Shown: in pieces, positions 1 through 10,576 of the stretch
Numbering within the stretch: the first letter of the stretch is position 1
Layout: each line of letters begins with the position of its first letter
DNA from: an uncultured Chroococcidiopsis sp.
Lineage (GTDB): Bacteria > Cyanobacteriota > Cyanobacteriia > Cyanobacteriales > Chroococcidiopsidaceae
Reading direction: 5' to 3'
Assembly: GCA_964248365.1 (NCBI GenBank)
Contig: CAXTYC010000023.1
Coordinates: 1-64,000, forward strand
Length of the DNA: 64,000 nt
Program-made: the position numbers and the translations under genes
The notes under the pieces: model-generated
The model's database searches: none
Told to the model about the DNA's origin: nothing
Seen by the model: only the letters and a program-made list of their open reading frames with translations

Positions 1-56
1 AATAGTTCATAGCTGTTTTTCTACTATTTGTATCATATACAAAGTGAATTGGTATA
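1..56 (-). mobile_element. Probable terminus of a second TA-targeting IS inserted in the GT2 gene (element continues beyond the window start)
   Basis: The GT2 frame loses family-like sequence after ..KSGWL. The minus strand reads TATACCAATTCAC.. from the TA at 56-55, resembling the TATAGCAATCC end of the adjacent IS630. An ATG (M-N-Y) starts at 10-8. Confidence 0.45.
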
Positions 57-600
57 ACCAGCCACTTTTTTCAAGGGCAGTTCTGCGAATAACAAGACCT
101 GCACCTGGAATATGGAAATTTTGCCGATATAATTGTTTTGCAGTTTCGCCGCGATTACAAGCGGCAAATGTAACTGAATGCTCGATCAGGATAGGGGAAG
201 GAGTCATTTCCCAATCTAAAACTACTTTCCCACCAAATGCGCCACAACCAGGATGAGATGAGGCGAAATTAATTGCTTTTTCGACCCAATCTTCTGACAG
301 AAGACAATCATCATCTACAAAAGCTATCCATTCACTAGTAGTATTTTTAATTCCACATATACGCGCATAAGTTAATCCCTGTTTTTTCTCTAATATCCTG
401 CGTAAGCCAGGTATTTTTTTGGAAGTAATATGCTTTTCAACAATTGCTGATGTTTCATCTGTACAATTATTGTCTACTACTAAAACATTCCAGTAATAAT
501 TTTTAGGAACTTTCTGCAATGAAATTGCTGTGAGAGCGCGATCTAGCAATTTGGCATTATTGTAGGTACAAATTATAATATCTATTGATAAAATTTCCAG
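57..600 (-). pseudogene. Glycosyltransferase family 2, truncated/interrupted
   Basis: In-frame LSIDIIICTYNN upstream of the listed ORF, VVDNNCTD, ARICG and FVDDD (DxD) motifs. Only about 180 codons remain, flanked by IS ends on both sides, with no ATG start. Confidence 0.75.
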
Positions 601-614
601 CTTTTACAAATTTA

Positions 615-1766
615 TATAGCAATCCTAAATGGGTTACAAACAAGGCATATATTGTTTTAGCTTAGGGAAATCAAATTTTTGGTGATTAGTAAAGAATTTG
701 AATAACCACTTAACAACAGAGAAAGATTTACAGAGATGCCAAAACTTTCGCAAAAAATTCTTGGCTTGTAACCAAACATCTTCAACAGGATTTTGTTCGG
801 GTGAATTAGGAGCAAATACAATACAAGTAAATTGCCACTGTGAGCGGTCATAACCATGATTAGCTGTTGCAAGAAACTCTTTAACTTCGGTTGATTTATG
901 ATCAGAAGCCCCAGACCAAATTACTACAATTCTTTTTCCAGGATAATGCGACTGTAAATCTTTCAGAAAATTTCCTGTATTCTCCCCGTTTCCTGCTGAA
1001 TATTCCCTAACCATAAATTGTTTAGTTTGATAGTTTAATGCGCCATAATACGTTTGCTTATCTTTTTGAGTTTTGATGGGAATTTCAATTCTGATATCAG
1101 TTTTACCCCAGACATATCCACAAACATCACCAAGAGAGCAAATGACACTCATCTACAAAAAAGACAACTAACCTCTGTGAGAAGATTTCACCTTTATTCT
1201 GAGTCAAGAAATTCTGAATCTCTTCGCGCTTTTTTTTTACTAATTCTGGGTCAGACTTAGGATTAACTTTTTGTGATTTCTTCCAACTAATAGAGGCGGC
1301 TGATAATAGCTCATAATAACTCTGTTTGGATTGATAAATGACACCATACTGTTCATCTAAGTAAGCGACTAACTGCTCAATATTCCAATAGTTTCTTTCC
1401 TTTAACCAATTTATTACTTCTGCCCTTGACTCTGGTGTTAGATAAGCTTTCGACCCTTGATAACCTAGCTTAATTCCATTTAAGCCTTGCTCTAAAAATC
1501 GGTTCTTCCAGGTTGTAATACAAGAGGGGTGTATCCCTAACAATTTTTTTATTTGTGAATAAGGCTCTCCCCTTGCGCCATCTTTACCGCTAATGCTCGT
1601 TTCAGTTCTCTTGCATCTGGATTGCTTTGTATAAACTCTGTCAACAGAATTATTCTTTCTGCATGAAGCTGGTCTTCTAACAAAAAGTTTCTCACGGGTA
1701 TAATCTGGTAATTCAACTTTGAGTATAAATGTACCACTTATTTATAAATCACATAGGATTGCTATA
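615..1766 (-). mobile_element. IS630-family insertion sequence with a degenerate transposase (fragments 1549-1737, 1127-1543, 634-1152)
   Basis: Imperfect terminal IRs TATAGCAATCCTAAATGGGTTACAAA and revcomp TATAGCAATCCTATGTGATTTATAAA, with flanking TA. HTH/winged-helix N-part, FFVDECHL (D1) and PEQNPVEDVW (E) present. D2 is altered (IWSGAS instead of WDGAS) and the reading frame is split in three. Confidence 0.9.
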
Positions 1767-1788
1767 GCACTTACCACCTTCAATAGCT

Positions 1789-2973
1789 TTAAGCAGAATA
1801 TTGCTGAATCGCCTCCTGATAGACTGTTGCAAGAATTTCAACTGATTGCCCCCAACTGAAGTGATGTTCAACTAGCTGCCGAGCATTGATGGCGATTTCT
1901 TGATTGAGTGTGCGATCACTCACAAGTCGAATCACCGCCTGGGCAAATTCTGCGGCATCATTTGCAATGAGAAGATGCTTGCCCGATTTGGCTGGCAAGC
2001 TACCAACACTGAAGGGCGTTGCCACAACGGCTGTCCCTGTTGCCATTGCTTCCAAGACTTTATTTTGGATGCCAGATCCAGCCCACATAGGGGCAATCGC
2101 CACAGCCGCTCTTTGCAAATAGTCATGGACGTTGGACACAAATCCAGCCAGTGTGACACCAGCTGTCAGAAATTGTTTTTGCAGATCTATTGGTAGATTT
2201 GGTCCTACAACTGTGAATTGAACTTGAGGAATAACCGCCCGAATCAGCGGCAGAACTTCGTTAATGAAATACTGGGCAGCATTAACGTTGGGGAAGTAGC
2301 GCATGTTGCCTGTAAAAATGATGGTATTGGGGTGACGCGCTGCTGCAACGAAGGGAAAATTTTCGAGATCGACTCCATTAGGCACAATATGAAGATTTGG
2401 AAAGGAACCAATGGTATCTCGATCAATGGCAGAACAAACCATCAATTGGTGAAATTCACGGGTTAATTCTCGTTCGTACTGTTGCATTCGCTTTGCTTCA
2501 GAGGCAAACAACCATGAGACTAACTTCTATTCTTGTTGAGCTCGTCGAGCCATATTGAGCGACAATGCATCGATGAAATCAAGAATTTTTGGCGTTTTGT
2601 TCCACTGCTTCACAAAGGAAGCCATCCGAGCTAGTTGTACATGAATTACATCGAATGTTGTTTGCGTTAGAAGTTGCTCAACTTTTTGCTGAATTCGACG
2701 ATCTAGGTAATAGGTGGCCTGCCATGATAATGGAAGAAATGGGGCTTTAACGAGGTTTAGCGCTCGTGAAACCCTTGACACTGGAACCACTTCTACTTGC
2801 TTGCAAAAAGACTGCAATAAAGGCAGTCCATGATATTCTTCACGAGTTTGAATAGGGGCAACAAGTACAATCTGATGACATTTTGAGAGTAATTGAAGAA
2901 AGTGTTAGGCACGCAGGCGATCGCCCTGAGTTAGAGGGTATGGAAACCGAGAAGCTAAAAACAGAATTCGCAT
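1789..2973 (-). pseudogene. Glycosyltransferase family 4 pseudogene
   Basis: ATG at 2973 gives MRILFLASRFPYPLTQGDRLRA* (TAA 2907-2905); a second in-frame TAG lies at 2529-2527. The C-half has GSGIQNKVLEAMATG. Confidence 0.88.
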
Positions 2974-3002
2974 AAGCAGTGTGGTAGTTAATTCACCGGT
3001 TT

Positions 3003-3410
3003 CATGAGGTTGAGCCTAAATTCTTGGAATCAGATCTAGCAGTGGGATTCCGCTGATTACAAATTTATAGTACTGTTCACTAATGGTAATTACTCGAAGA
3101 TTTTTTTAGTTGCAAGAGTTGTTTGAGCATATCAATAGTTATACTTTTTAAGTGTTTGAAAACCGTGTATCCAGATATCAGTCATTCCATCTCCACCATT
3201 AACAACAATCATTTCTGCTTGTTGCGGCTCACTCACCAGATTGACTCCAAAATCCCGCAGCATTTCAATGCTACCCATTTCAATTAATTTATCGCCATTA
3301 TTTCCATGAATAGGATCAAAAAATACCCGCTTGCCACGATACTTGTAAAGTTATTCTTTTACTGGATGCAAAAATATTTTACAATTAAGTGATTCATGAT
3401 ATTTTCTCAT
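3003..3410 (-). pseudogene. Polysaccharide pyruvyl-transferase-like remnant
   Basis: From ATG 3410: ..PVKE*LYKYRGKRVFFDPIHGNNGDKLIEMGS..VVNGGDGMTDIW.. (GNxGD and GG motifs). Several stops, and far shorter than a full gene. Confidence 0.6.
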
Positions 3411-3451
3411 GTAGCCTCATATGTTTATACAAAAACTTTTTATTTCAATAA

Positions 3452-4752
3452 CTATCGCAACAACAATAATGAACGAGTTTGAAGCTGGAATAGCTTTCTG
3501 GTTTTAGAATGAAATGCATGACTCAGATAGGAAGCTACGGCTTGAGAAATGACTGTAGCAACTGCCGCACCAACTACCGTATAGCGCGGAATCAGCAATA
3601 AATTCAGGACAACATTGATGACAGCACCTAGCAGTGTACGTCGTAGAGTCAAGTCAGTCAGTCCTTCCGCAATGAAGCAGGGTAAAGTGGCTACACCCAT
3701 GAACACGAATATTGCCGCCCAAATGTGTATAACAAGCACAGAGCTAGATTGAAGAAATTCTGCACCGTAGAACAATTGAATAATGTTTGGAGCCAGCGCT
3801 GTAACAGGCACTGCAACCATAACCGCTATAAGATTCATTAGCCGCAGCAGTCGTCCAACGTATTGATAGTAAGCAGTTTTCGACTGCTCCATTGCTTTAT
3901 AAATAGACGGAGTTACGGAGCAGATGATGGCAGTGGGAATAAAGTACCAAGCTTCTGAAATACGGTTGCCGCAGTGTAAACGCCTACAGCGCGATCGCCA
4001 ACCATTTCTCCTAACATAACCTGGTCAATCTTCATGTATATCATGATGGTTAGACCAGAAAGTAGCAACGGAAAACTCTCTTTCAACAAGGACTTGGCAC
4101 GGGGAAAGCTCCAGCGCCACAACTTCAATGAGTATCCTTTGAACCGATAGACAACGGCTAACGCGATCGCCCCTAAACCCATCTCAGCAAAACTAGCCCA
4201 CGCAAAGGCAATTAAGGGAGCCTGCATTGTAATGAGTTTAACTTTGAGCAGGACAACGCAGATAAACGCTATATTTTTAGCGAAAACCGTGTACTTCGAC
4301 TGCACCTGAGACTGGAACCACACATCAATGGTTTCAAAGGATTGAAAGATGCCCCCAGCAGCCAAAATTGTGACCAATCCAATTGTTAACGGTTGATTAG
4401 AACGTAATACAATGATGGTTCCTACGGCTAATAGCAAGGAGGTACAACCTCCCAATACCTTTAACCAAAAAGCTGTGCCTAATGTTTCTTCTTTCTTGGA
4501 GGGATCTTGAACAATATCCCGAACGACAACGCTGTCTAATCCTAGAGTAATGAGTGGATTGAACAGGTAAACAAACGCAGTAGCACAGCTGAATAGACCA
4601 TACTGCTGTACACCTAAATAGCGGGCAATCCAGACACTCAAAATAAAGCCTACACCCATCCGCAGCACTCAGTCAAAAAACAACCAACCTGTATTGCTGA
4701 CAATAGCCTTGAACTCAGGACTAATTTTGCGACCAAATAAGACTAATTTCAT
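3452..4752 (-). pseudogene. wzx: Wzx/O-unit flippase pseudogene
   Basis: ATG 4752 gives ..IVSNTGWLFFD*VLRMG (TGA 4671-4669). ARYLG and IYMKIDQVMLG motifs. A 1-bp frameshift near 3964 separates ..AAT from ISEAWYFIP.. which joins ORF 3452-3892. Confidence 0.88.
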
Positions 4753-4772
4753 GAATGGCTTGCCTCGCTGCC

Positions 4773-6045
4773 TTATACCAACCGATTGACCTTACCGATT
4801 GTCGTTGGAACCTCCAAAATGTTCAAAATAGTTGGTGCGATGGAAAGCAAGGAAACATTATCTGCATGAACAGCGTGATTCAATATGGGTTTACGAATCC
4901 AAAGAATTCCATCAGGATGATGCATCCCACTTTTAATATCCTCTATCTGATAAAAGACTTTGAAAAATGGAATTGAAACCCCACTATGAGCTACCCTTAA
5001 AACAGCGTTTTCAGCTAGCCGATCAAAAATTCCACAACTCGCATAGATTTCTGAACCTTGCCGCTTTAGTCGCATCACAGAGCGCTGCTCTACTTGTAAT
5101 GATGCAAGACGTTGTTCTGCTACATATGCATCCTGCTCGTTATCAAAGCGGATGAAAAATTCTTCTGCCATGACGGGAGAACAAACATAAGAACTATAGA
5201 CACCCGCAAATGTAAGTAGATCTTCAAAGCGGCGGGGTCGATAGAGATGTTTTCCGCCGATATCTTCATAGGTGAAACATGGCTGTTGACTTAAACCTGT
5301 ACAGAGAATTAATGTGGTTTGACTATCGGCAAGCTGCAAAAATTTACCGACGAGCTTGTCCATCTCTTGGTAGCCATACAAAACAGCATTTTTATACTCT
5401 GCTTGCTCGTCTGCTGAAGGCTGTACTTGAAAGCGCTTTGGCTCCATATTGCGCCAGTACATATGCTGAAAGTGAGCAGTGCTGTTGAGGAAAAACGTTG
5501 AAAAATGAGGTTTTAATTTGCGGTAGTACCAGCGGAATACGTCCCACTGGAGCTTGTCCAAAATTGTTGCTCGTTGCCAGCGGTACTGACCTGTCTGCCG
5601 CTCTTTTAATAATTGTTGAGCGATCTCTCTAACCGTTGCTAAAAACAGACCATGAGTAGCCATGAATTTTAGAAACTTCCAATAGTCACCCCACCCAAGC
5701 GGCACAGAGTCATTTGTATGTTCCTGAACATACCGTCTGACAAAGTTAAAGTAGGGCCACAGCTCTTCAGGATATGGATCTTGTTTCGTTGTCCAGTAGT
5801 CGGGCAAGAGATACCCATTTAACGGTACATCATAGCGGGCATTCATGCTACCACAAATCCAAACCCGGTATCCTGCTGCCGATAAAATATCCCAAATGTT
5901 GCGAGACTTCAGCTTGTGTCCCTCATCCAAACGAAAAATTTGATGATCCCGATAAGGTAATCCAGAATGAACAGTGACCCATTGAATCCACGGTTCTAAA
6001 TAGGGGGGCTGTTCTTCGGCATCGGTTGTATAAACTTCTGACTGA
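4773..6045 (-). pseudogene. Alkaline-phosphatase/nucleotide-pyrophosphatase-superfamily-like protein of EPS loci, 5'-truncated
   Basis: The frame extends upstream of the listed ORF (SEVYTTDAEEQPPYLEPWIQWVTVHSG) with FFLNSTAHFQH and SGMHHPDG motifs. No plausible start or N-terminal segment is seen beyond about 6045. Confidence 0.6.
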
Positions 6046-6484
6046 GTATTGGGAGATGAAGCGATGGGTATCTAGACTCTTATTTCCTACAGTTTGGTGT
6101 CTCGAACACGTTTTACACTGGTCTTATTGGCGACGCGCCCCAGAGCGCTACTGCGCGTTACTGGCATTATCAAAAACGAGCTTGTTTTTCCTCTGGTTAA
6201 ATACAACTGTAATACAAAAAGGCACTAATTGGAAGAACGCCTTAAATAACTTAAGATTAATTATCCAGCCCTATATTTTCTGGTATTTAATTAAACAAGA
6301 GTTGCGAGTGTTCCCAGTTCCCAAATTGAAACGAGGCTTCTTTAGACTTATGGAAATTATGAATGGTTTTCGAGCTTCTCCTATCGAGGATGCCATCGCA
6401 AGTTAGGCAACTCTCTTATTTTTATCTGTTCAAAGTAACAAAAGAGGGTTAATAGCAGTTCACTTTTTGGACGCAACACATCAT

Positions 6485-6516
6485 ATCCCCCCCCTTTAAA
6501 AGGGGGGCATGGGGGC
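6485..6516. repeat. C-run/G-run palindrome (cyanobacterial dispersed repeat; possible terminator for wzc)
   Basis: CCCCCCCCTTTAAAAGGGGGG hairpin just downstream of the wzc stop. Confidence 0.5.
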
Positions 6517-6548
6517 ATAATGTGTTCCCAGTTGCAGTTGATACGGGT

Positions 6549-8852
6549 TTATGCACTTGTATAACTCGTAACTCCATTGGCTACCACACCTAAAACAGGA
6601 GTTTTAGCAAATTTCAAACCCTCTAATGCTTTTTCCAACACCGAATGGTCTGTTTTACCCAGTCCCACAACTAAGATACTAGCATCTGTATGAGTAGCTA
6701 CAAGACTACTATCTGCAAGTCCTAGTAGGGGCGAAGTGTCATAGATAATCAAGTCAAAAGTAGCTTCAAATTGCCTTGCTAAGTTTTGCATCTTCTGCGA
6801 TGAAAGTAGATTTGTGGGATTTGGCGGAATTTGCCCAGCCGTCAACACAAAAAAGCTATCCTCCAAAACAGACTCTAAATTTATAGATGGTTCGGCAGAA
6901 GCATTATCTTCAGCTTTCAGAGACACACAATTAACTCGATGGATCACTTCTTGGAAATCCACTTCAGCAGCGATCGCATTGCTTAAACCTTTTGTATTAG
7001 GTAAGGCCAACATTTGATGAATTTTGGGATTACGCAAGTCTGCATCCACTAATAACACCTTCTGACCCATCACTGCTGCCGTCTGTGCCAGGTGAGTAGC
7101 AATTGTAGTTCTACCATCATCAGAGGAAGCAGAGATGACTGCTAAAGAACGAATAGGTGCATTAAAGCTAAGAAAGCGGATATTCGTGTGCAGAGAACGT
7201 AAGGATTCCCAAAAATGAGCAGTATCTTGCTGTTGAGACTGCTGTTTACGCTTACCAAGCTTAAGATTACTACCAAGCGATTGAATCAATCCGGTTACAC
7301 CTGCTGCTATCACAGGCAACTGCCCCTGTTCATGCTTGAAAGGAATTTCCCCTACCAGCGGCAGTCCAGTTGTCTCTTTAACATCCTCCGGTGTATACAA
7401 GAGATTATTAAACTTATCTATAAGTAAAGCAACTCCAACACCCAACAGCAAACCTAAAGTCGTCCCTAAAATTAAATTCAGCTTTACACTGGCTACAGTA
7501 GGTAGAGGCTCAGTAGGAGGAGTAAGTAGCTGCCAAGGCACTTGCTTTTGAGCAATATCTATCCGCAGTGCTTCTCGTTTAGCCAAAAATTGGTTCAGGT
7601 TATCTTTGGTAATTGCTAATTGCTGCTCTAAATCATCATTTTGACGTACAATCGCCGGAAAGTCTCTCACTTGCTGCCTTAACACATTCTCAGCCTGTGC
7701 TAGAGCTTTGTCTTGAGCCTCTAATGATTGAATTTGGTTAGCAGCATCAAAAAATTGCCCAGTCTGTTGCTGACGCAGAGAACTTGGAGAAGCTAAAGCG
7801 GTTGACTTAGCTGCTGTAGCTTGCAAGTTTTTTCCTAAAATACTTTGTCTTTCTTGCTCCAGCAAAGGCAGCAAATTTTTCTCCTGATTACGTAAAGACT
7901 GGATGGTAGGACTGTATTCCCGAAAGCGAGCTGACTGTGTTGCAATTTGAGTTTGTATTTGCTGAAGTTGATTTAATAAATTTTGGTAGCGGGGAGCCTC
8001 ACTCAAAGTAGAGGCGGCGGTTGCTTCATCCGAACGCAACTGCAACTGCTTTTGCAAGGATGTATACAAGGAGCGCATTTTAGCCAGTTGAGTCTGGGTG
8101 TCTCGTCGCTGTTGCACAACGCTATCGAGTTGAGCAGAAAGCTGTTGCCCTTGACTTGCTGGATTGATCAAATCATACTTTTGCCGAAAACTTTGTAGTT
8201 GGTCTTGAAGTGTTTTAACTTGTTGTCGCAGTTTTGGCAGTTGCTCTTCTACAAATTGAATTCCTTGACGGACATCTGAACGGCGCTCCTCCAAACTATA
8301 TACTAAGTAAGACTTAGCTAATAAATCCAGCACCATCTCAACTTTTGCTGGATCTGGATCTTGGTAACTAACTTCTACAATGTTGGTTGTTGGGATGAGG
8401 TTAAAATTTAGCTTAGGTGCCTTGCTGTCTGGATACCGAGCCTGAAACTGCTTGAGAATAGGAGAGAGCAATTTCGGACTTTTTAATATCCTCAGTTCGG
8501 TTTCACCCACAACTGTAGGTTCTTTTGCTTCACTCAGAGGAGATGATGATAACTTGTCTTCAACAGTTACTGGCTTAATTAAAAGCTCAAACTTACCTTG
8601 GTATGTTGGCGCACTAATTAATGCCTGAGTCACTGCTGCCGCTGCCACTGCAACGGTTACACCTAAAATTACAAATGTTCTTCGCTGCACAGCCGCGAAA
8701 AATTTACCAATATCTAAGCCACCTTCATCATCCTCTTCATGCTGAGCTTGATAAATTACAGGTAACTGAGGTTCCTTGCTAAGCCTCTGGGATAATAATT
8801 TACTGGCATAGCTTTTAATTTCAGTTTTTGGTTTTATTTTTTGTAAACTCAT
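6549..8852 (-). CDS. wzc: GumC/Wzc polysaccharide co-polymerase with a BY-kinase-like domain
   Basis: Two TM segments flank a long coiled coil. ESLRSLHTNI, LLVDADLRNP and IIYDTSP motifs; Walker A variant SASSDDGRTT. Confidence 0.92.
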   Translation of the reverse strand: MSLQKIKPKTEIKSYASKLLSQRLSKEPQLPVIYQAQHEEDDEGGLDIGKFFAAVQRRTFVILGVTVAVAAAAVTQALISAPTYQGKFELLIKPVTVEDKLSSSPLSEAKEPTVVGETELRILKSPKLLSPILKQFQARYPDSKAPKLNFNLIPTTNIVEVSYQDPDPAKVEMVLDLLAKSYLVYSLEERRSDVRQGIQFVEEQLPKLRQQVKTLQDQLQSFRQKYDLINPASQGQQLSAQLDSVVQQRRDTQTQLAKMRSLYTSLQKQLQLRSDEATAASTLSEAPRYQNLLNQLQQIQTQIATQSARFREYSPTIQSLRNQEKNLLPLLEQERQSILGKNLQATAAKSTALASPSSLRQQQTGQFFDAANQIQSLEAQDKALAQAENVLRQQVRDFPAIVRQNDDLEQQLAITKDNLNQFLAKREALRIDIAQKQVPWQLLTPPTEPLPTVASVKLNLILGTTLGLLLGVGVALLIDKFNNLLYTPEDVKETTGLPLVGEIPFKHEQGQLPVIAAGVTGLIQSLGSNLKLGKRKQQSQQQDTAHFWESLRSLHTNIRFLSFNAPIRSLAVISASSDDGRTTIATHLAQTAAVMGQKVLLVDADLRNPKIHQMLALPNTKGLSNAIAAEVDFQEVIHRVNCVSLKAEDNASAEPSINLESVLEDSFFVLTAGQIPPNPTNLLSSQKMQNLARQFEATFDLIIYDTSPLLGLADSSLVATHTDASILVVGLGKTDHSVLEKALEGLKFAKTPVLGVVANGVTSYTSA

Positions 8853-9384
8853 AGCATCAAATAAGTATTAAGCCTAGACTAAGCTTCGACGGAACAAGAT
8901 AACGTTGGTAGAAAGTACTTGATGAAGATGGCTTTGATCCCAACTCACACACAAATGTTAAAGCAGTATATAATTTTAGATTGTTGTCTTAAAGATGAGG
9001 CATAACAATAAATAACTATTACTTTGGTAATTAGCTTGAATTTGCTGTAACTCAATATCTGATCCATCTTCGTTCTTCTACTATTTTTAAATACCTCATT
9101 TTGTAAAAGCTTGGCTATATTGTACAAATTTACACCTTTATTTGACAATTCACAAAACTTTTATAAATTCTACGTCAATTGTGAAATTTGAATAAAGTTA
9201 CAGCTATGGATCTTAGTTTTTAATTTGAATACAAACTAAGATGTGTAAACAAAATCTCAAACTGTAAAAGCTGCATAAGTAATAAAAATTATATTTAACG
9301 ATAAAAGCAGTCTTTCTTTTAAAACAAAGTACTTTAGTGGGAAAGAGTATAAAAATTGAGGAGCTAATTTAAGCTAAAAGACAA

Positions 9385-10470
9385 ATGGACAAAAAGCGAA
9401 GACTAATTGGTATTGATCTACTCCGAGGCTTAGCCATCTATGCTGTTGTCATACTTCATTCAGATAAGGAATTTTAGTTTCGCCTATAGGTTGGACAGCA
9501 ATTATACTATTTTCTAGCTTTGCTGTTCCCTTTTTATTAGCGACATCTTTTTATTTAATTCTTAATAAGATATTTCTGAGCCGCTCTCAGTTTGCTTGGA
9601 AATCAAGACTAACACGCCTGGTAATTCCTTATGGAATTTAAAGCTAAGTTTATCTAATACAAAAATAAAGTACTTAGTTAAACACGAAAATGACAAATTA
9701 GTTCATTTGTTTCAAGAGCCAGTCTAAATTATCTTTTTTGATGGCTCAGCATTTCATCATTATTTTATCCCATTTTTACTTTCAGGATCACTCTTAGTTA
9801 AGTTTGCATATCCTTTAATTAAAAAGCAATTTATGCTGCAAACTTTAATTATGGTATTTCTAAATAGCACTATTATATATCAAATTTATATATTAAATCT
9901 TGTTATTCTCAGTAAAATCATTTCAAATAGGTTCAAGCATTGCCTTCCAAAAATTGCTAGCAGCGAAATCTCCTACAATCAACCAAAACCGACTAATTAA
10001 AATTAGTTTAGGGAAATTAGCTTTGCTAATTAGATGCTTGCCATATATCTTGATGACATTGATATTAAATCATCAAAGCATCATTTAAAAACTATCACAA
10101 TTCGATAGTCATACTACAAAAATTTTATTTTGTGTTTTTGTTATTGTAAATTTTTAGGGTAATTTATTGATTCCAGAAGCTCTATATGAAATTGGCAGAG
10201 GCTATATTACATTACTGTTTGCAATTTCATTATCAACTAACCTCAAGGAAAATCATATCATTGCAAATTTATGGTTTTGCTCTTATGGAATTTATCTCAT
10301 ACATCTACTGGTGATTGAATTTTTTCAGAATAACGAAAATAAAAATTATGATATATCTGATATTTAAGTATCTGTTTTTAGTCTCTTGACGTTTTCTTGT
10401 GTTAGGTTTACGATCATACGTATGAAACTCACATATAGATAAAAAATAAATCAATTTTATAAGGGATGTT
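9385..10470 (+). pseudogene. Acyltransferase-3 (OafA/YrhL-like) membrane O-acyltransferase pseudogene
   Basis: ATG 9385 gives MDKKRRLIGIDLLRGLAIYAVVILHSD. Downstream fragments FAVPFLL, SRLTRLVIPYGI* and CSYGIYLIHLL lie in shifting frames with stops. 3' end approximate. Confidence 0.82.
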
Positions 10471-10576
10471 AAAAGTCTAAGTTAAGAAATTATTGTTCAA
10501 GCATAGAATATTTTCTAAGCTAAATCCAAAAGCTTAGTTAAAGCAGATAAATTTGAAATGTGTCAATCATAGTAAT

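Noticed and set aside
6026..6406. 126-aa plus-strand ORF
   Set aside because: No recognisable motifs, TTG start, antisense to the surrounding operon and overlapping the truncated gene; probably spurious.
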